Assembly: GCA_964016885.1 (NCBI GenBank)
Contig: OZ024763.1
Location: forward strand, 29,078,001-29,142,000
Origin: Eledone cirrhosa
Lineage: Eukaryota
Direction: 5' to 3'
DNA: 64,000 nucleotides
In this document: piece by piece, positions 56,958-64,000 of the stretch
Position numbering within the stretch: position 1 is the stretch's first letter
Layout: the number at the start of each line of letters is the position of its first letter
The notes under the pieces: model-generated
The model's database searches: none
What the model saw: only the letters and a program-made list of their open reading frames with translations
What the model was told of the DNA's origin: nothing
Program-made: the position numbers and the translations under genes

Positions 56958-57285
56958 ATGATAAAACAACACTTGACCGCATAATATGCGGGCCTACTGT
57001 ACTTAAACAACAAGAAAAGATAACAAAATAATAGTAACAATTGACAGCGTAAGGTGCGGGCCTAGTGTAAATACTTCATGGTACCGGGCCTGCCTCCCCT
57101 GTCTGATGCTCTACCGATTTTGCCAGATGATAAATAATAAAACAACACATGACCGCATAAGATGCGGGCCTACTATACTTACAGCAACAAGATTTAAACA
57201 AACAAAAAAAAGCGATAAACATTTGACAGCGTAAGACGCGGGCAAGTGTATATTTTCATGGAGACAGAACCTGCCTCTTCTGTCA
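56958..57285. repeat. Diverged ~180-bp direct duplication with GC-rich hairpins
   Basis: AAAACAACAC.TGACCGCATAA.ATGCGGGCCTACT...TTGACAGCGTAAG..GCGGGC...TTCATGG...CCTGCCTC..CTGTC occurs twice. Confidence 0.7.
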
Positions 57286-57863
57286 AGCTGATAACATCAA
57301 TATTACAATAACAAGTAAAGATAAAAGAGAGCATAAAGGAAAACATTGCTTACTACATTGTATGTATTGTTATCGATGTCACGTTTGTTTTTCTCTCCTC
57401 TCCCTTTATTTGAAGTGATTAGGTGAAGGGTGATAGGTTTGTTTGTGTATTGTCGTATGAACAAGCCACGGACAGCCGCGTCAGTTAAGATAGAGAGATG
57501 AGGAAGGCGACACACAGACATCAGGGTATAGACGACATGATACACTAAGAAACTAACTACTACTACTACTACTGTTGCTACTATTACTACTGTTGCTACT
57601 ACTAGTATTATTGCTCATACAAGAAATATTACTGTACATCTACCACTAAAAATACTACTATTACCACCACCACTAACACTAGTATTACTACTATTATCAC
57701 CACTACCACTACTATTACTACTATCGCCACCACCACTAACACTACTACTAACACAACTACTACTACTATAAACACCATTCTCACCACCATCACCGCTACT
57801 ACTAACACCAGTATCACCACCATCACTACTACAACCACAACCACTAACACTACTACTATCACC

Positions 57864-57897
<34 letters not shown>

Positions 57898-58371
57898 ACA
57901 CCATTATCACCACCACCACTATTAGTACTATTATATCACCACCACCACGACTACTAATACTACTATCAACAATAATACAACTACTAACATTACCACTACT
58001 ACTACTACTACTACTACTATTAACACCACCACCAACCCTACTTCTTTTAAAATGTCAATATCTACAATAAACAACAAACGACACTTTTAAGTTTCCAACA
58101 CCCCACCACCACCACCAACACCACACCGCCACCCACCCTCATCTACACCTTTGAAACTAGACTTGGTGAGGAGCCGAAAGGCAGGGAGGGGGAGGGCATA
58201 TCAATAAAGACATATATCGTTTTTAACCCCTTTTTGATACCAAAGAACTTGAAAAACTGCCCTTGCTTTTTATGGAACGCTCTTCCGTCGGTTTCGACGA
58301 TGGCTGTTAAAGTTGCTTGATTAAGAGAACAGCCAGTATCTTGGCTATTGGTGAGCTTTGTTACTCTAAAG

Positions 58372-58674
58372 CAGTTGTGGGTAACCTGCGGCCCGTGGCC
58401 CGCGAAGCTTTCTGAATATCTCGCTTAAGTCACCTATGTGAAATCTTTCTGATTTTTTTACCCAAACTTTTCAGTCGTAATTTATCTTTCTATCTTTTTT
58501 ACGATCGAGGAAAACAACACTGTAAAAATTCTGAAGAAACAAATCAAAACAACCTGAGTTACCACCCCTTTTTTTGTTAATATGGGCCCCGAATGTAAAT
58601 TAGCGCTTGTGGCGCACCTGATAATGAGCCATATCTCATGCGGCCCGCTTCTCGAAAAAGGTTGCCCATGCCTG
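58372..58674. mobile_element. hAT (Charlie-like) MITE with an 8-bp TSD
   Basis: TIRs CAGTTGTGGGTAACCT / AGGTTGCCCATGCCTG, subterminal GCGGCCCG motifs, and an exact CTCTAAAG duplication at 58364-58371 and 58675-58682. Confidence 0.88.
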
Positions 58675-58842
58675 CTCTAAAGTTTGACCTGCGCACTCAC
58701 AGGATCACCAGTCTTGTCGGATGATCCTGTAAGTACACAGGTGAGACTCCAGAGTAACAAGGCTTAGCCATAATAAATAATAAATCAATATTTAAAGTCC
58801 ACTTCGGTATTGAGTTTTCATACTTACTTACGTCCGTCAATA

Positions 58843-59171
58843 ACTCTCGTACTTTCAGGTCTTAAATAATCGTCCCCACCCCCGATTATTAATTTGTCAG
58901 ATACCACCCGACCCGGCTTTTAATCCACCACCACCACCGCCCACCAAATTTTACTAATCTATCTGCGGCGAAATTTGATTGTAATTCATTCATATTGATA
59001 TAGCAGCTGGAGAATCTAATAATTTTATATTACATTAAAAAAAGAACAACATTCTATATGACAATAGAAGAACATTACAAGAAAGCCCATATTTACGAAC
59101 GTACACTATAGAATTACCGTGCCTCCTCCCTCCATTATGGACACCCCTACTATTATTTGGAACACGAGAGT
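58843..59171. mobile_element. Possible decayed MITE
   Basis: Imperfect termini ACTCTCGT/ACTTTCAGGTCTTAAATAAT versus ATTATTTGGAACACGAGAGT. Confidence 0.35.
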
Positions 59172-59311
59172 GACACCAAACTCTCCTCCTCTCTATGTCT
59201 ATCACATAAAACACGCTTTTATATATATATTGACTTTGTTAGTTTCAGAAGATCCCGTTAAGGGTGAAAGCACCGATTCTTTGCTTAAACTTTAATCTGT
59301 TATTTTAATAA

Positions 59312-60123
<812 letters not shown>

Positions 60124-60126
60124 GTT

Positions 60127-60265
60127 AAGAGAGAGGGTGTGGTAAGATACCTGGTGGACCATAACGCACCAGAGTACTCAATACTTAGGGTAGTAGAGTG
60201 GAACTAGCTCGGATTCAGCTGTCGAAACGACCGGAGCCCAGCCGTCGGGGTCCTGACTCTTTTCT
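60127..60265. mobile_element. Family K inverted fragment (another copy at 60660-60765)
   Basis: GTGGTAAG...GGACCATAACGCACCAGAGTACTCAATACTTAGGGTAGTAGAGTGG joined to GTCGAAACG...CAGCCGTCGGGGTCC. Confidence 0.68.
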
Positions 60266-60363
60266 TATATATATATATATATATATATGTATGAATGAAG
60301 TAATTCCATCGGAAAAGTCCAGGAAAAAAGAGTGCTCTATGTAGGCAACAGAGCTTAATTATT

Positions 60364-60610
60364 ATTATTATGTAATAAACAACATAAAGCAATTATTCCA
60401 TTTACCAGTGGTTTCTTAAAAGCAAAAGGTTTTGCTTTCAATCCTCAGGTTTCTTAAAAGCAAAAGGTTTTGCTTTCAATCCTCAGAATGAAAAATCCTG
60501 GTTTGTTTGAAACAAACCAGGATTTTTCATTCTGAGGATTGAAAGCAAAACCTTTTGCTTTTAAGAAACCACTGGTAAATGGAATAATTGCCTTATGTTG
60601 TTTATTACAT

Positions 60611-60616
<6 letters not shown>
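60364..60616. mobile_element. Family C palindromic element with HHR-like motifs lacking helix II
   Basis: Palindrome centred at 60509; the left arm carries a 38-bp tandem duplication; CTGAGGA-TT-GAAA-GCAAAA(CC)TTTTGC-TT at 60532-60560. Confidence 0.75.
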
Positions 60617-60661
<45 letters not shown>

Positions 60662-60935
60662 AAAATGTTCAAGACCCAGACGGCAGAGCTCAAGCCGTTT
60701 CGACGGCTATTTCTGGACTCTGATGCGTTATGATCCACCTGGTTCCTTACCACACTTCCTTCGTTATATATATGTATATATATATCCAGGGTGCGTAACG
60801 TGGAGTTACTGTAGGTTCACCCGGTAGAGCACTCGATGTTTAGGTTCACTTCAGTGTCGAGGTGTAGAGCTAGACAGAGTATTATAGTTAAATAAGATAA
60901 CAAGGACAATTGGTTTCTCCTTCATTGCGTTTATT

Positions 60936-61028
60936 GGTTGCTGACGCGCGTTTCGCCACAGTTCACCTCAAGGTTCAATCTGTATCGATCTCTGACCTGA
61001 CTCTGTAACCCGCGGCTCGTCAGACCCC
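60936..61028 (-). ncRNA. Type I hammerhead ribozyme motif (family D, minus copy)
   Basis: Minus strand CTGACGA-GCCGC...GTGGC-GAAAC-GCGC-GTC-AGCAACC. Confidence 0.72.
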
Positions 61029-61064
61029 TTGCAATGTTAATGTATTCTTCCATTAACATTACAA

Positions 61065-61145
61065 GGTTTCTGACGAGCCGTGGATTACAGAGTCAGGTCA
61101 GATCGAACCTTGAGCTGATCAGTGGCGAAACGCGCGTCAGCAACC
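61065..61145 (+). ncRNA. Type I hammerhead ribozyme motif (family D, long helix II insert)
   Basis: GGTTT-CTGACGA-GCCG-(~42 nt)-TGGC-GAAAC-GCGC-GTC-AGCAACC-AATAAA; canonical G10.1-C11.1 pair and GUC cleavage site. Confidence 0.78.
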
Positions 61146-61190
61146 AATAAACGTAATGAAGGAGTAACCAAACGCCCTTGTTATCTTATT

Positions 61191-61318
<128 letters not shown>

Positions 61319-61337
61319 CACACATATGCGTATATGA

Positions 61338-61368
<31 letters not shown>

Positions 61369-61589
61369 GGTATACTATATACACATACATTTATTCACCC
61401 ATGAACACCTCAACCACAGCCCCCGTCTCCCCCACACGGTGCACATAAACACACAAAGGGCACACACCTTTAATGTTAGTTCATATATGAGAGTTATTTA
61501 CGACACAGGATAGAGGAAGACATATCAAAGGAACCAGCGGCGGGGCCGGGGAGAGGGTGAGCTTTATATGGTGGGACGGTGCTCATGGG

Positions 61590-63245
61590 TAGTGCTGGTG
61601 GTGGTGGTGGTGGTGGTGGTGTGGTTTTTGGTGGCAGTGGTGTCGACAGTGTTGTTGTTGCTGGTGGTGAGGTTGGTTTTGGAGACGAAGTTGTGGATAT
61701 TGGTGGCGGATTTGTTGTTGTTGTTGTTGGGTCTGGTGGTGGTGTGGTGGTGGTGGTGGTGGTGGAGTTGTTGGGTCTGGTGGTGTGGTAGTGGTGGTGG
61801 AGTTGTTGGGTCTGGTGGTGTGGTGGTGGAGTTGTTGGGTCTGGTGGTGTGGTGGTGGTGGTGGTGGAGTTGTTGGGTCTGGTGGTGTGGTGGTGGTGGT
61901 GGAGTTGTTGGGTCTGGTGGTGGTGGTGGTGGTGTTGTTGGGTATGGTGGTGTGGTGGTGGTGGTGGTGCTGGTAGTGGTGGTGGTGGAGTTGTTGTGTC
62001 TGGTGGTGAGGTGGTGGTAGTGGTGGAGTTGTTGGGTTCGGTGGTGGTGGTGGTGGTGGTAGTGTTAGTGGTGGAGTTGTTGGGTCTGGTGGTGTGGTGG
62101 TGGTGGTGTTGGTGGTGGTAGTGGTAGTGGTGGTGGTGGAGTTGTTGTGTCTGATGGTAGTGGTGGTGGTAGTGGTGGAGTTGTTGGGTTCGGTGGTGTG
62201 GTGGTGGTGGTAGTGTTAGTGGTGGAGTTGTTGGGTCTGGTGGTGTGGTGGTGGTGGTGTTGGTGGTGGTAGTGGTAGTGGTGGTGGTGGTGGAGTTGTT
62301 GTGTCTGATGGTAGTGGTGGTGGTGGAGTTGTTGGGTCTGGTGGTGTGGTGGTGTTGGTGGTGGTAGTGGTAGTGGTGGTGGTGGAGTTGTTGTGTCTGA
62401 TGGTAGTGGTGGTGGTAGTGGTGGAGTTGTTGGGTTCGGTGGTGTGGTGGTGGTGGTAGTGTTAGTGGTGGAGTTGTTGGGTCTGGTGGTGTGGTGGTGG
62501 TGGTGTTGGTGGTGGTAGTGGTAGTGGTGGTGGTGGTGGAGTTGTTGTGTCTGATGGTAGTGGTGGTGGTGGAGTTGTTGGGTCTGGTGGTGTGGTGGTG
62601 GTGGTTTTTTGTGGCAATGGGCTCGATAGTGTTGTTGTTGTTAGTGTTGGGGTTGGTGTTGGAGACGAAATTGTAGATTTTGGTGCTAGTGGTGTTGACA
62701 GTGTTGTTGTTGTTGGTGGCGGTGGTGTTGGTGACGTTGTTGGTGGTGTTGTGGTATTGTTGGGGACACTTTTGTCGACTTTGGTGGTGTTGTTGCTGTT
62801 GTTGTTCTTGGTGGTGGTGGTGTGGTACTGATGGAGATGTCGTGTCTGTAATGAAAAGTGTACTTCGATTCTGTTATTGCTATTGTTGTTGGTGTTGTTG
62901 CTTTCGGTGATGGTGGTGGTGATGGTGTCCCTGTAATCAAAGGTGTATTTCGATTCTGCTTGTTGTTGCTGCTGTTGTTGTTGTTGTTGGTGGTGGTGTG
63001 GTTGTGGTGGTGTTGGTGGCGGAGTTGTAGATTTTGGTGGAATGTGGTTTTGTTGTTGTTGTTGTTGTTGGTGGTGTTCTGATGGTGTTGGGGGAGGAGT
63101 TGTTGATTTTAGTGGCGGAGTTGTTGTTGCTGGTGGGGTTGGTGGTGGTGGTGGTGTTGTTCTGATGGTGTTGGGGGCGGAGTTGTAGATTTTAGTGGCG
63201 GAGTTGTTGTTGGTGTTGTTCTTGGTGGTGGTGGTGGTGGTGTGC
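61590..63245. repeat. (GGT/GTT)-rich minisatellite with a recurring GGAGTTGTTGGGTCTGGTGGTGT module
   Basis: Read directly from the sequence. Confidence 0.9.
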
Positions 63246-63537
63246 CTGTAATGAAAGATGTACCTCAATGTTGTTTGCTGTTGATATTGTTGCTTGGTGG
63301 GGACGGTGATAGTGAATCTGTGTGTGTTTATGTGCGTGTGTGTGTGTGTGTGTGCGCGTATTGTTGGATGAGAGGGGAACTATGGTTGAGTGGATATGTA
63401 TGTATGTATCTATGTAGGGGAGGCGGGGTCGGATTTGAAGAATTCCGTATCAAGTCATGCATAACATATTCACTGGATCTATTTATCATTCCTGATAGTT
63501 CACCATATTTAGTGGATTTATGTACTATATAGTAACA

Positions 63538-63686
<149 letters not shown>

Positions 63687-63705
63687 TAGAGAGGGGCGAA
63701 TGACA

Positions 63706-63970
63706 TTGTCGTGAAAACAACGGATAGAATGCTTTTGGAGGTAAAAGTTTGGCATTTTGTATGCCCTAAGTTCAAATTCCGGTGAAATCATCTTTACTAT
63801 ATTATTATTTAGGGGTCGATACAATAAAGTATTTAGGTTGTGAAATTCACAGAATCCTTAGAACATTGGGCAGAATGCGCTAGGTGTATTGGTTCCGGCT
63901 CGCTGTTCATTCCGAGTTGAAATCCTGCTAAAGGTAACTTTGTTTTATTAAATGACTCGATAAATAAATT
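63706..63970 (+). mobile_element. Two degenerate tRNA-derived SINE fragments
   Basis: AAGTTCAAATTCCGGTGA...GGGGTCGATACAATAAAGTA and GAGTTGAAATCCTGCTAAAGGTAACTTTG...TCGATAAATAAA. Confidence 0.5.
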
Positions 63971-64000
63971 CGTCGAACTGATAATGTCATTATTTTTTCT

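Overview
Eukaryotic, gene-poor, repeat-saturated DNA. The SINE families and the very long (TA)n, (CA)n, (GA)n, (AAT)n and (GGT)n tracts look like an Octopus (coleoid cephalopod) genome; this is an inference from pattern recall. I found no supportable host gene, and almost all listed ORFs are microsatellite artefacts. Recognisable elements are the 3' end of a CR1/L2-type LINE, RTE-clade LINE fragments, three copies of a ~580-bp non-autonomous RTE derivative (with an HDV-like ribozyme candidate), CRE-like retrotransposon fragments, a deleted mariner, a hAT MITE with an 8-bp TSD, many tRNA-derived SINEs and several minisatellites. The main signal is invisible in the ORF track. About 17 type I hammerhead ribozyme (HHR) motifs with an intact CUGANGA...GAAA...UH core, from about 9 sequence families, plus several mutated or half motifs, sit in short non-coding elements embedded in (TA)n. 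Many of these elements are head-to-head inverted repeats with a ribozyme on each strand. They look like Penelope-like element (PLE) pLTR or retrozyme derivatives. All folds and coordinates were read by eye and need computational confirmation.
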